IMG/VR virus record: IMGVR_UViG_3300045999_011383
DNA: 64,000 bases
Direction: 5' to 3' (one strand)
Source of the DNA: a virus
Numbering within the stretch: the first letter of the stretch is position 1; each line of letters opens with the position of its first letter. The translations under genes were made by a program, and so were the position numbers. Below, piece by piece: positions 18,574-27,488 of this stretch. The notes below the pieces were generated by a model. That model did no database searches, was not told the origin of the DNA, and saw only the letters and a list, made by a program, of their open reading frames with translations.

Positions 18574-18992
18574 ACCTTACCTGCTATTGTTAAACGACCC
18601 TCAATGTACTTATTTCTTCCTTCTAAATATCCATTTATTCTGTTTTGAACCACAGGAATAAATTGCCATTGACCTGTAACTGCATCACCCATTAAATCGG
18701 TTAAAACTGCGATCGCGGTAGTTTGATAGTCAATATCTAAGTTACCCCAATTGCCAATTTTACGACCCTTTAAATAAATGATATTTTGACCCATTTGAGC
18801 ATCTTCATAAAGAGGCTTAAAGTCTTTTTTGATAGAGACAGAAGCGTGAACAATGACGGTAGAAACCGACTCAATGATATTTCCTACGGCATCCTCAACA
18901 AATTGGCCACTGCCTGTTTGAAAGGTCAAACTTAGGTTAGAATTAAAGGGTTCTACATAGCCAATTGTTTGGTTTACATAGGAGGAAATCAT
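18570..18992 (-). CDS. head-tail module protein (about 141 aa from ATG 18992; track allows TTG 19055)
   Basis: ORF track. An ATG at 18992-18990 (MISSYVNQ...) avoids overlapping the divergent + gene. Confidence 0.5.
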   Translation of the reverse strand: MISSYVNQTIGYVEPFNSNLSLTFQTGSGQFVEDAVGNIIESVSTVIVHASVSIKKDFKPLYEDAQMGQNIIYLKGRKIGNWGNLDIDYQTTAIAVLTDLMGDAVTGQWQFIPVVQNRINGYLEGRNKYIEGRLTIAGKV

Positions 18993-19404
18993 GATTTTAT
19001 TCAGCAACTTTATTATCAAATATCCAGAATTTACAGGTGAGGAAACTAAGTTCAACTTGTTTCTTTCGGAAGCAATTCTAGAAGTGGAACTGTACCATTG
19101 GGGGAACTTGAAAAACGTAGCAATTGAGTTATTGACCGCTCACAAAATCACACTTACTAAGCAAAATGTAGGTAGTGATTATAGTACAGGAGTCCTGAAA
19201 AAATTAGAAGTAGATGACGAGTCTTACAATGTGGAACTTCAAAGTATTCCTAATAGTTATGGACAAAGTAAGTACGGACTTGAGTATCAACGACTGCTAA
19301 AGATTGTCACAAATACGAGTCCAGAATCAGCATCAACAACCAAAGGAACATCTTTTTTTGGGACTAGAGGTCAAAACCAGATCAAGTGGTCACAGTCTAA
19401 ATAG
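18991..19404 (+). CDS. DUF4054-like head-tail connector protein, inverted relative to the operon (137 aa)
   Basis: GGAGG-N5-ATG. FIIKYPEFTGEETKFNLFLSEAILEVELYHWGNLKNVAIELLTAHKITL matches the F..fPEF...A....WG.....l.AH.l.l adaptor pattern, and ...YGQSKYGLEYQRLL lies near the end. Confidence 0.6.
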   Translation: MILFSNFIIKYPEFTGEETKFNLFLSEAILEVELYHWGNLKNVAIELLTAHKITLTKQNVGSDYSTGVLKKLEVDDESYNVELQSIPNSYGQSKYGLEYQRLLKIVTNTSPESASTTKGTSFFGTRGQNQIKWSQSK

Positions 19405-20572
19405 TAGCGATCGCAGTATTTTCAACGTTCCTAGCAGCAATAAAGCGGGGGTCCATTGCCAACGGAAAACCACGACCCGCCACGGTAATGCTTTCTTGAG
19501 GTGGTTCTTTACTGAGAATATCAGTGGTAGTAACTAGTCCGCCTCTGAAGTTGTTGCTTGCGGTGGGGACAATGGCTCTTTCGATAAAATTATCGGTAGC
19601 AAAGAAATAGTAGCCACTGGGAATATAAGGCAACTCGACAGTACCATTACGTCCGCCACCGCGCTGATAGTAGACAGCATCGGATACAATAATCTGCGTA
19701 TTTGCATTTTGACCACCACCCGCTAAAAGCCGTTGCCCAATCAGTCCAGAAATCTCGGATAAAGATGGAGGTGGCATAGCAGCGACAGCGGCTGGGTTAG
19801 CTGCTCCTACTTCTGTAATCATACCCTTAGCACGCCCTACCGATTCTTTAGTGCTAGTCTGGTTTCTAAGATTGTTAGCAGTCACCCGACCCATAATAAT
19901 AAAAGGTGGGAACTTGTGTAGAGTAAGATAGTAGGACTCTATATGACTCACTAAGTCGTCAATGCCAGTAGCGGTTGTCCACTGTGACCATCTAGCAGTT
20001 CCAGTTAATGCGGCTGGTAAATGGGAAGTGGGGACTTGGTTTGAGTAGCTAAGGATAGCAGAAGCGCGAGATGTAGGATCGACATAATTGCATTGCCCAG
20101 TACAGGCAACCTGTAGTGTTAGCACAGTATGCAAGTTAATACATCCTTGATACAGAGAGGCGGGTATGCCTAAGTAAGTATCTTTAATCCTTTCAGCAGC
20201 TTCAGCATTGCCAGACATAGCAAGCCTTTCAGCTTGCTGCATTACCATGAAGTCCTCTTCTGTAATTAATCTACTTTTAGCTATTTTAAAGTTGCCAAAG
20301 GTTTCTTGGGTAACACTAATTCGATCTACATCCTGAGGAATAGTACCATCAGTAGCAACTACGTAAGCAAGAGTTGGGGTGTATGCCCGCATCTTGAGTA
20401 GTGCTAAAACCGGATCAGAATATTGGACAAAAGGGAAAAAGCGATTGAGAGCCGGATCAGGGTAGCCGTCTAGGTAGGTTTCCCCAGTGCTGCTAACAGT
20501 TGCAAGCTGCAAATCAATAGTGCGCTGGACTACCCCCGGCTGTGAATTAATTAATTCAATAATAGAAGCCAT
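19397..20572 (-). CDS. putative major capsid protein (391 aa, lambda gpE-like placement)
   Basis: Gene order protease/scaffold - 313 aa - 391 aa mirrors lambda C/Nu3-D-E, and the size fits. Family not verified. Confidence 0.6.
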   Translation of the reverse strand: MASIIELINSQPGVVQRTIDLQLATVSSTGETYLDGYPDPALNRFFPFVQYSDPVLALLKMRAYTPTLAYVVATDGTIPQDVDRISVTQETFGNFKIAKSRLITEEDFMVMQQAERLAMSGNAEAAERIKDTYLGIPASLYQGCINLHTVLTLQVACTGQCNYVDPTSRASAILSYSNQVPTSHLPAALTGTARWSQWTTATGIDDLVSHIESYYLTLHKFPPFIIMGRVTANNLRNQTSTKESVGRAKGMITEVGAANPAAVAAMPPPSLSEISGLIGQRLLAGGGQNANTQIIVSDAVYYQRGGGRNGTVELPYIPSGYYFFATDNFIERAIVPTASNNFRGGLVTTTDILSKEPPQESITVAGRGFPLAMDPRFIAARNVENTAIATI

Positions 20573-20575
20573 AAA

Positions 20576-21517
20576 TTACACCAAACGAATTTCAGGATAC
20601 AAGGCAATCAATTGTCCGTCTATGTATGGTAGGCGATCGCGGTAAACGTCTGCTTCTAAGTACAAAGCGTAGTTTTGACTTTCTCTGTACAGCAAATCAA
20701 TAGGTACAGCAGGAGATAGCATACCTAAATTTTCCGGTGAACTAGCAGCGACCCCTATAGGCATACCCAAGGGTACAGACACAGCAGCCGCACTGATGGT
20801 AACGGTATCAGTAACCGGGTCAACCGCAGAAATAGTACCGATGCTAACATTGGGGACAAACACAGCACCAGATGCGGTAACGCTACCATTGGTGGCAGTG
20901 GCACTAGCGGTAAAGCTGTAGAGGCTGGTAAAGTCTTTTGCCCAAAAAACAATAGTAGAGGCGGGTACAGTACCCGCTACGGACAATGCAGATGCCAGTC
21001 TAAAGGTATAAGGATTGGATGCGATCGCACTAATAACTTTAGTAGCGACGTTAGCGTTGGTTGCTGTTAGTGAAGCACCAATATCTGCGGAAACAACAGT
21101 ATAGACTACGGATACGCCATTAATAGTGACAGTAATGGTGTCATTAGCAAGCCAACCACTTCCGGTAGATGTTATAGTCAAGCGCACTGAAGGTGCAATA
21201 ATAGATAACATACCACCGGGGATGAAAATACCAGCCGTTCCCACAGGAAAACTAATAGAAGTAGCATTAGCAGCGGTAGCAAGTCTTGTGGTCATGCGTG
21301 GCAAAATGCGATTGCCAGGAAGGTTTGCAGATGTACCACTACCAGCAAAGAAACCAGGTGCAAATGTTTTAACTAACTTGCGTATTGCCCCAGTTGTACC
21401 TGTAGCGTAATTATGGTTCAATAGGGTATAGCGAGTAGCTTCTGCACAGTTGTTACGTGCCAATACAGGATAAAAACCTGATTCCTCATCATCGTAACGA
21501 TAAGATTCGTAACGCAT
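20576..21517 (-). CDS. capsid accessory / decoration-like protein (313 aa, A/T/S/V-rich)
   Basis: Position between protease-scaffold and capsid gene, plus composition. Confidence 0.4.
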   Translation of the reverse strand: MRYESYRYDDEESGFYPVLARNNCAEATRYTLLNHNYATGTTGAIRKLVKTFAPGFFAGSGTSANLPGNRILPRMTTRLATAANATSISFPVGTAGIFIPGGMLSIIAPSVRLTITSTGSGWLANDTITVTINGVSVVYTVVSADIGASLTATNANVATKVISAIASNPYTFRLASALSVAGTVPASTIVFWAKDFTSLYSFTASATATNGSVTASGAVFVPNVSIGTISAVDPVTDTVTISAAAVSVPLGMPIGVAASSPENLGMLSPAVPIDLLYRESQNYALYLEADVYRDRLPYIDGQLIALYPEIRLV

Positions 21518-22647
21518 TAGATTTCACTCCTAATTTGAGATAAAGAGCCTACAATCCGAGCGGCACGGAATTCTATATCAGCAGTATTAACAGTAGGGGT
21601 AGGGTTAGTCACGGGTTCACTGATTGATTGCTTCAAATTAAGTAAAGGTGCGGTTCTTTTCTCAATTAAATCAAGGTGAAATTCCATGTAGCCTAGCTTA
21701 TTGGACTTGAGATGTTTGTTAATATCTTCAGTGGCATTTTCTGAGAATAAATCACCAAACTCAACAGAAGATAATTTACCTTCTGATACTAATCCATCTG
21801 CTTTTTGACGCAGGCTGTAATACTGAGATACTATGGTTTCGCGCTGCTCAAACGCAGAAATAATAGCGGTTTTTTCCTCAATAGACTGACTTAAACTTTT
21901 AATTTGTTCAGTCAATCTATTGTTTTCAGTAATCAACAAAGCCTGTTTTTCTGACAGGATGCCGTTACTAGATTTTACTTCTTCTAAGGCAGTTTTTGTG
22001 GCTAGTAATTCAGCTTCTAAATCTTTGTTCATGGGGTAAAAATTTGGATCTCCCTTAACTGAAACTTGATCAAAAAATACTTCAGACTTCCCGTAACCCA
22101 CGGTAGGATCAGCAGGAATATCTTCAGCAGAAACTTCAAATAGAACTATTTTTGTAGCTTCTAATAGTGCCTTGGTTTTCAGGGAACGATACCCATCTTT
22201 ATTAACAACATATTCCGCCGGGGTAATGACTCGGTATTCTTCCACAAAATAACCAAAACTAATACCACCAGAAGTGCCGTCCTCAAGATCAGATATGAAT
22301 TGATTTGCCAAAGCGTTTCTAGAAAGCTTAACCGTGGCGACACCTCTATCGCCATCTAGTACCACTTGAGAAACCATGCCTAATTTTTGTCCGCGTTGAT
22401 GATTTCTCAAAAACGGACAGGTTTTATTAAGAACCCTGGTTAAGTCCCAATGGCTGGGGTCGTGGGATAGACGCTCATCAAAAACTACACTAGAACCTTC
22501 CGGTAAGTCTTCTGAGAAAGAATATCTTTCGCAGATATTGTCTTTCGAGGAAAACGAAAACCCAACCGTTCTTTCATCCTGATTTAATTGCAAATCAGAA
22601 TTTAAGAATTTAGTTAAAATAGTTTTATTTCTAGTTGCGGTTGGCAT
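21517..22647 (-). CDS. prohead protease (HK97/S78-like N-domain) fused to coiled-coil scaffold (376 aa)
   Basis: N-half: ...FLRNHQRGQKLGMVSQVVLDGDRGVATVKLSRNALANQFISDLEDGTSGGISFGY (H....iG ... G...g.S.gf pattern). C-half is heptad-rich: LEAELLATKTALEEVKSS...LTEQIKSLSQSIEEK. Confidence 0.65.
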   Translation of the reverse strand: MPTATRNKTILTKFLNSDLQLNQDERTVGFSFSSKDNICERYSFSEDLPEGSSVVFDERLSHDPSHWDLTRVLNKTCPFLRNHQRGQKLGMVSQVVLDGDRGVATVKLSRNALANQFISDLEDGTSGGISFGYFVEEYRVITPAEYVVNKDGYRSLKTKALLEATKIVLFEVSAEDIPADPTVGYGKSEVFFDQVSVKGDPNFYPMNKDLEAELLATKTALEEVKSSNGILSEKQALLITENNRLTEQIKSLSQSIEEKTAIISAFEQRETIVSQYYSLRQKADGLVSEGKLSSVEFGDLFSENATEDINKHLKSNKLGYMEFHLDLIEKRTAPLLNLKQSISEPVTNPTPTVNTADIEFRAARIVGSLSQIRSEI

Positions 22648-22660
22648 ATCTAAAAAATAT

Positions 22661-22676
22661 AAACTAAGCTTAGTTT
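22661..22676. promoter_or_regulatory. 16-bp perfect palindrome AAACTAAGCTTAGTTT, candidate operator
   Basis: Read directly. Lies 14 nt upstream of the protease start, in the divergent region shared with the XRE gene. Confidence 0.45.
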
Positions 22677-22782
22677 AGCCAATAGATCAAGGGTTCTAAT
22701 ATTTTTTAAATAGTAAAATAAATGATAATTGTAGAAATATGCAATTTTCTTTGATATATTATTAGTAACTTAATACCAACCG

Positions 22783-23046
22783 GTGACTATGATTTCAGAT
22801 CCTACGATTTATGACACTTTGACATCAGAAGGAAAGATAGGAATACATATTTTCCTGGCACGGGAAAAACAGGGGATGTCAAGGAAGGCATTAGCCGCAA
22901 AGACCGGACTGTCAGTAAACGTGATTATTGCTATTGAAGATTTATTTAAGGAAAAAGATGGACGCAGGCAAACAATTACCTACAGCGAAATTGAATTAAT
23001 AGCCGATGCACTCAACATTCCCGTGGATTGCCTATTGCCCAGGTAA
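22783..23046 (+). CDS. XRE-family helix-turn-helix regulator (87 aa)
   Basis: LAREKQGMSRKALAAKTGLSVNVIIAIED...ELIADALNIPVDCLL is the typical HTH_3 layout. Confidence 0.75.
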   Translation: MTMISDPTIYDTLTSEGKIGIHIFLAREKQGMSRKALAAKTGLSVNVIIAIEDLFKEKDGRRQTITYSEIELIADALNIPVDCLLPR

Positions 23047-23436
23047 TGCGATCGCTGGTTTCCGTAAAATGGCGTAATACTTCTGATGACAAAAAGGTGA
23101 AAAATGAAAAATACAATTACGAAGGTGTATCAATAGCACTAATTCCGACAGGAAAATGGTATAATATTATTGTTGGCAACGATCTTGTGTTAAACACATT
23201 TGATAGTGAATGAACTGCAAGAAAAATAGCAGAATTAATAGCAGATGAATTGCAAATAAGACCCGGCAGCGTTCCTGCAAATGCCACCAGGTTTAACAAG
23301 GTTGGAGATTCTACTATAGCATAAAACCCGGCATGGACAAGTTGCCGGGTGGTTACTAGGGTATGGAAATATATTACCATTAAATGCCAGAATTAAGCTA
23401 AAATTTAAAAATAGAAAAACCCATCCTACACAACTA

Positions 23437-24954
23437 TTGAACCCAGACAAGTTCAATAGTTTTTTTATTATGCACGCAACCATGAACAAACTTAATCCCA
23501 AAAACACAATTAAAATTAGAGAGGCCACTAAAGCCAGGTCATCAACTAACCAAGCGGTTTATGTTGAACTACCAGAACCACAGATAGGAGCGCAGGAATT
23601 ATTTTATGATACTCAGGCTGATGTGTGCATATACGGTGGAGCAGCCGGAGGCGGGAAAAGCTTTGCGTTATTGCTAAAAGCAGCTAAGTATTTAAATACG
23701 CCTGGGTATGGTTCAGTAATATTTAGGCGAACCCGACCGGAAATAACTAATGAAGGTGGGTTATGGGATGAGTCAAGACTTTTGTACAAAAGAATAAAAA
23801 ACTCAGTAGGACGGGAACATCAGTTAGACTGGACTTTCCCTAACGGTACAGCCATCAGCTTTGGTCACGCTCAATATGACAAAGATGTAGAAGACAAGTA
23901 CCCAGGGTCGCAGATATGCCATATCGGTTTTGATGAATTAACTAAGTTTTCAGAGCGTCAATTCTGGTTTCTATTTTCTCGTAACCGTTCCGTATGTGGT
24001 GTCAAGCCGCGCATAGATGCAACCTGTAACCCGGACGCTGATTCATGGGTGGCTAAGTTGGTTGACTGGTATATTGATCCGCAAACAGGATACCCGATAG
24101 AAGAAAGATCAGGAGCAATACGGTATTTCTATCGAGTCAACAAAAAATTGCACTGGGGTAATACTAAAGAGGAATTGATGATAGAGTTTCCTGATTTAGC
24201 GGAAATAGCACCACCTAAGAGTTTCAGCTTTATTAGTGCAACGATTTATGATAATCCGATACTGTTAGAGACCAATCCCCAATACTTACAAAATTTACTA
24301 TCGTTGCATCCAGTAGAGATGGAACGACTACTGAGAGGGAATTGGAAAATTAAATACGAAGCAGGGACTATCTTTAATCGGCAATGGTTTGAAGTCGTTG
24401 GTAGCGTACCTAGTGGTGGTACTACAGTAGCTTTTTGGGATTTTGCAGCCACATCAGCAGCGGTGGCTACCAAGTCCAGTTTCTACAGCGTACGCACCAA
24501 AATGTACTTACACCAAGATACTTATTACGTCCTTGACTGTCACTGGGAACAGGTTTCGGCGGATCAGGGTGATGCTTCTGTGGTAAAAATAGCTTACCAA
24601 GACGGGCGAGATTGTAAGGTGCGATGGGAATTGGAAGGTGGTAGCGCGGGTAAACGCTACGAAGCATCCTTACGAAAGCAATTAGCTGGTTTTGATGCTA
24701 AAGGCGTAAAGCCCTTGGGAGATAAAGTGACCCGTGCATTACCTATGGCATTATCAGCCAAGCAAGGTAAGATCAAGTTGCTTAGAGGTGCGTGGAACGA
24801 TCAGTTTCTAGCTGCGGTACATGAATTTGATGGTAGCAAAAAGCCACTCACCAACGACATTGTAGATAGTGCCGACGGTGCTTTTGGTGAGTTAGGTGTT
24901 TCTGCACCCAAGGGTATGTTTGTTGGCGGAAAAATCAACAATCCGTTTGCTTAG
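23437..24954 (+). CDS. terL: terminase large subunit
   Basis: Walker A in CIYGGAAGGGKSFALL, Walker B-like HIGFDELTKF, and a C-terminal nuclease-type region. The true start may be the ATG at 23470 or 23482. Confidence 0.8.
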   Translation: MNPDKFNSFFIMHATMNKLNPKNTIKIREATKARSSTNQAVYVELPEPQIGAQELFYDTQADVCIYGGAAGGGKSFALLLKAAKYLNTPGYGSVIFRRTRPEITNEGGLWDESRLLYKRIKNSVGREHQLDWTFPNGTAISFGHAQYDKDVEDKYPGSQICHIGFDELTKFSERQFWFLFSRNRSVCGVKPRIDATCNPDADSWVAKLVDWYIDPQTGYPIEERSGAIRYFYRVNKKLHWGNTKEELMIEFPDLAEIAPPKSFSFISATIYDNPILLETNPQYLQNLLSLHPVEMERLLRGNWKIKYEAGTIFNRQWFEVVGSVPSGGTTVAFWDFAATSAAVATKSSFYSVRTKMYLHQDTYYVLDCHWEQVSADQGDASVVKIAYQDGRDCKVRWELEGGSAGKRYEASLRKQLAGFDAKGVKPLGDKVTRALPMALSAKQGKIKLLRGAWNDQFLAAVHEFDGSKKPLTNDIVDSADGAFGELGVSAPKGMFVGGKINNPFA

Positions 24955-25120
24955 ACTCTTCTTGTATTTTATTTTTTCTGTACTGGCGCATATATTCCCT
25001 GATATATGCGCGTTTTTCTTCTATTTGTTGATCAGTTAGGTTTTGTGTCCATCTGCGTTTGCGCTGTTTACCTTTTTCAGTACGGTTATAGCGGGCTTGA
25101 GATTTAGCATAATAAACCAT
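24935..25120 (-). CDS. small basic protein, paralog of 26673-27029 (61 aa from MVYYAKSQARYNRTEKGK...)
   Basis: Shares YY..(A/S)QARYN.TEKGK.RKR and (L/M)T(D/E)(Q/E)Q..EK(R/Q)..(I/M)R.Y with the 118-aa paralog. Confidence 0.55.
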   Translation of the reverse strand: MVYYAKSQARYNRTEKGKQRKRRWTQNLTDQQIEEKRAYIREYMRQYRKNKIQEESKQTDC

Positions 25121-25219
25121 AGAAATCTTTGGTTGACAACACATACTAGTATCGTCTATTTAGTTAAAAATAGCAATGCGCTTAGGAGTGTGTCGCAAGA
25201 AATATTTTTTATAATTTTG

Positions 25220-25248
25220 TTGACAACTTGCGGTAAATAGACTATGTT
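25220..25248 (+). promoter_or_regulatory. cassette promoter P1 (TTGACA-N17-TATGTT)
   Basis: -35 at 25220-25225, -10 at 25243-25248; the spacer carries the family motif AAATAGAC. Confidence 0.6.
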
Positions 25249-25274
25249 ACAGTCAACAAACAAAGGGTGGGACT

Positions 25275-25703
25275 ATGAGTATTTTAAAAAATAAAATAAA
25301 GGTGCTAAAACACCAAATCCAAGCGTGCTTAAAATTAATAAGCAAAAAGATAAAAATGTACGTAGACAGACTGATTTGCTTGGAGACTGAACTGGAAAGA
25401 CTAGAGAACATGGAAACACCGGACTTTCCTGTTACTGAAAACGAAGTAAAAGAAGCTTTTGTAGCCATTGGTGGCTGTTTAAAACGGTATTGGAAACCAG
25501 AAATGGTTTCAATTATTCCCAAGTTAATAGGGAAAAATATACCCATAAGTGCGTGGGACTGGATGGTTCAGTTCCCAGAAGTTAAAGAAATGGAAAGACT
25601 GGGGTGGCGCGATCGCCATATCAAATACTGTATAGAAGCGGCTGACTGGCTGCTTAGGCAACGACAGAAGCCGAAAAGGTTTACCCAGTTAAGTTTGTTT
25701 TGA
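25275..25703 (+). CDS. hypothetical protein (142 aa); N-terminus paralogous to 33327-33752
   Basis: KVLKHQIQACLKLISKKIKMYVDRLICLETELERLE versus IRTIKHQIKATLKLIADGIKSYVDQLVTLEGDLEKLE. Confidence 0.65.
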   Translation: MSILKNKIKVLKHQIQACLKLISKKIKMYVDRLICLETELERLENMETPDFPVTENEVKEAFVAIGGCLKRYWKPEMVSIIPKLIGKNIPISAWDWMVQFPEVKEMERLGWRDRHIKYCIEAADWLLRQRQKPKRFTQLSLF

Positions 25704-25722
25704 ATAAATGCCATTCAACTAT

Positions 25723-25757
25723 AACCGCTTAGTCGTTCTGTCTAAGCGGTTCTTTGT
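25723..25757 (+). terminator. intrinsic terminator
   Basis: AACCGCTTAG-N9-CTAAGCGGTT followed by CTTTGT. Confidence 0.6.
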
Positions 25758-25824
25758 CCTGCTTACTTATTTGCACCGTATAAAAAGTTAATAAAAATTC
25801 AGTACAAAATATTCTTTAAACTAC

Positions 25825-25853
25825 TTGACATAAATAGTAGGATAGACTATATT
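25825..25853 (+). promoter_or_regulatory. cassette promoter P2 (TTGACA-N17-TATATT)
   Basis: Spacer TAAATAGTAGGATAGAC; upstream TTCAGTACA at 25798-25806. Confidence 0.7.
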
Positions 25854-25883
25854 ATTAATACGAACAAAAGGAGACAAAGTGGA

Positions 25884-26408
25884 ATGAATTACAAATTGAC
25901 GGCAATAACATTTACTGATGTAGCATCAGCAGAAAAATTCATAAAACAAAATAAAAAGTTCTGGGAAACAGTTAATGGGTTTACCCATAAAATAGTTAGC
26001 AGCCCGCTGACAACAACTATTACAGTGGTGTTTGCTAAAGCAACAACTCAAACATTGACAGTTAGTGAATTTCTGAGTAACTACTTGAAAGTTATAAAAA
26101 GTAAACCCAAACAACAATTTTTGAGATTGCTATTTGAAAGGTATTATCCTTATCCTAAGATTAAGAACTCCACTGAAATGGTGGATTTCAGAGTTCCCAC
26201 CACTGAGAAAAAAATTAAAGAATTTCTCAGAGACAAAGTAGACGATTTAGCTTACAAAATGCCTGATGGAACAGACAAAGAAGCTTGGCACACTTCCTTG
26301 TTTATGATCAAAGTCTCTATGGAGACAGAAGGCGTGAAATTCTGGAGGGCTGCCACCAGAGTCATTGAGTGGCTAGAAAAACAGGAACAAAAATATGTTC
26401 CGATTTAA
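25884..26408 (+). CDS. hypothetical protein (174 aa)
   Basis: GGAGACA RBS and ATG, downstream of P2. Confidence 0.65.
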   Translation: MNYKLTAITFTDVASAEKFIKQNKKFWETVNGFTHKIVSSPLTTTITVVFAKATTQTLTVSEFLSNYLKVIKSKPKQQFLRLLFERYYPYPKIKNSTEMVDFRVPTTEKKIKEFLRDKVDDLAYKMPDGTDKEAWHTSLFMIKVSMETEGVKFWRAATRVIEWLEKQEQKYVPI

Positions 26409-26559
26409 ACTCAAAGCTGGTCAACATAAGACCAGCAAGATAATCTTCTGTAGTCCCTGGATTACTGAAGATTTGATGAGTGCGATCGCGCTCAAAGACG
26501 ACTTTCTAGAAAGTCACCCTGAGTTTAATGGGTGTTTTGTAAAATGGGAACAAAAGTAG

Positions 26560-26592
26560 AACCACTTAGATTTTGTCTAAGTGGTTTTTTGT
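26560..26592 (+). terminator. intrinsic terminator
   Basis: AACCACTTAG-N7-CTAAGTGGTT followed by TTTT. Confidence 0.7.
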
Positions 26593-26616
26593 GTTTAAGC
26601 ACAATTCTTAGGCGCG

Positions 26617-26645
26617 TTGACAAAAAACAATAGATAGACTATCGT
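26617..26645 (+). promoter_or_regulatory. cassette promoter P3 (TTGACA-N17-TATCGT)
   Basis: Spacer ends ATAGATAGAC. Confidence 0.6.
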
Positions 26646-26672
26646 GATATTTGCAGATTGAAAGAGGACAAC

Positions 26673-27029
26673 ATGACTTACTATCCAGAAGCCCAAGCCC
26701 GCTACAACGCAACTGAAAAAGGGAAGGCGCGTAAACGCAAATACGCAAAGAACATAAGTGAGGAACAACGGGAAAAACAGCGGCACGCTAAACGAGAATG
26801 GCTTGCCAACTTAACAGAAGAACAAAAAGAAAAGCAGCGTAAAGCCAATCGTGAGTGGGCTGCTAACATGACGGAAGACCAGCTACTAAGGCAGCGCGAG
26901 TCTAGGCAAAGATGGGTAGAAAACATGACAGAAGAGCAGAAGGAAAAGCAGCGCGAATATATGCGTAAGTACAACGAAAAAAGACGGCTAAAAAGGTTGC
27001 AAAATAAACAAGCTAAAAAAGGGGAATAA
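26673..27029 (+). CDS. basic repeat protein (118 aa) with 4 x N(L/M/I)(T/S)EEQ(K/R)EKQR units
   Basis: ATG at 26673 after AAGAGGA. The track start at 26658 is a TTG. Sequence MTYYPEAQARYNATEKGKARKRKYAKNISEEQREKQRHAKREWLANLTEEQKEKQRKANREWAANMTEDQLLRQRESRQRWVENMTEEQKEKQREYMRKY. Confidence 0.7.
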   Translation: MTYYPEAQARYNATEKGKARKRKYAKNISEEQREKQRHAKREWLANLTEEQKEKQRKANREWAANMTEDQLLRQRESRQRWVENMTEEQKEKQREYMRKYNEKRRLKRLQNKQAKKGE

Positions 27030-27050
27030 GAAACGACATCAAAAAACAAG

Positions 27051-27086
27051 ACCCATTGGTGGACAACAACCACCAATGGGTTTTTA
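27051..27086 (+). terminator. intrinsic terminator
   Basis: ACCCATTGGTGG-N7-CCACCAATGGGT followed by TTTT. Confidence 0.75.
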
Positions 27087-27198
27087 AATATTTTAAGTTT
27101 TTGGGAAGTGTGGAAAATGTGGGAAATAGCACTTTTTGTTGAATACTTATAAGCAGCCACGCTTAACTATTTATACTTAAATTATTACCAGATACTTA

Positions 27199-27227
27199 TT
27201 GCCATTTAGGCTTAGGCATGATATAAT
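27199..27227 (+). promoter_or_regulatory. sigma70-type promoter TTGCCA-N17-TATAAT upstream of the primase leader
   Basis: -35 at 27199-27204, -10 at 27222-27227, counted directly. Confidence 0.6.
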
Positions 27228-27488
27228 AAACACATAAAAGCCGATGCGGCAAACATCGGCTTTATCAAACAAAAAGAGGAGACAAAAAATGCAAATCCAG
27301 AAGGAATGAACAATTACAGGTTTGGACGTTTAAAAATAATTTGTTAATATATAACAGTGAAAACAACAATCTTGTTAATTGTTGACTAAGAAGAGTCCAG
27401 GAACAAAACAAACTCTTCTTGAACCGAAAACCCACAAGGGGAACTTTGTGGACACAGACGAAAAAACCAAAATCAAAAGGATAAGACC

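Noticed and set aside
23117-23528. Minus-strand ORFs 23117-23380 and 23235-23528 upstream of terL
   Set aside because: They overlap each other, the possible + strand ORF and the terminase start region. They are hydrophobic and low-complexity with no supporting signals.
26702-27160. Minus-strand 152-aa ORF opposite the KEKQR-repeat gene; likewise 30361-30660(-), 27845-28180(-), 39756-40148(+), 54234-54587(+), 21126-21410(+) and 17264-17539(+)
   Set aside because: These are antisense shadows of well-supported genes, with Cys/Ser/Leu-rich low-complexity products and no RBS.
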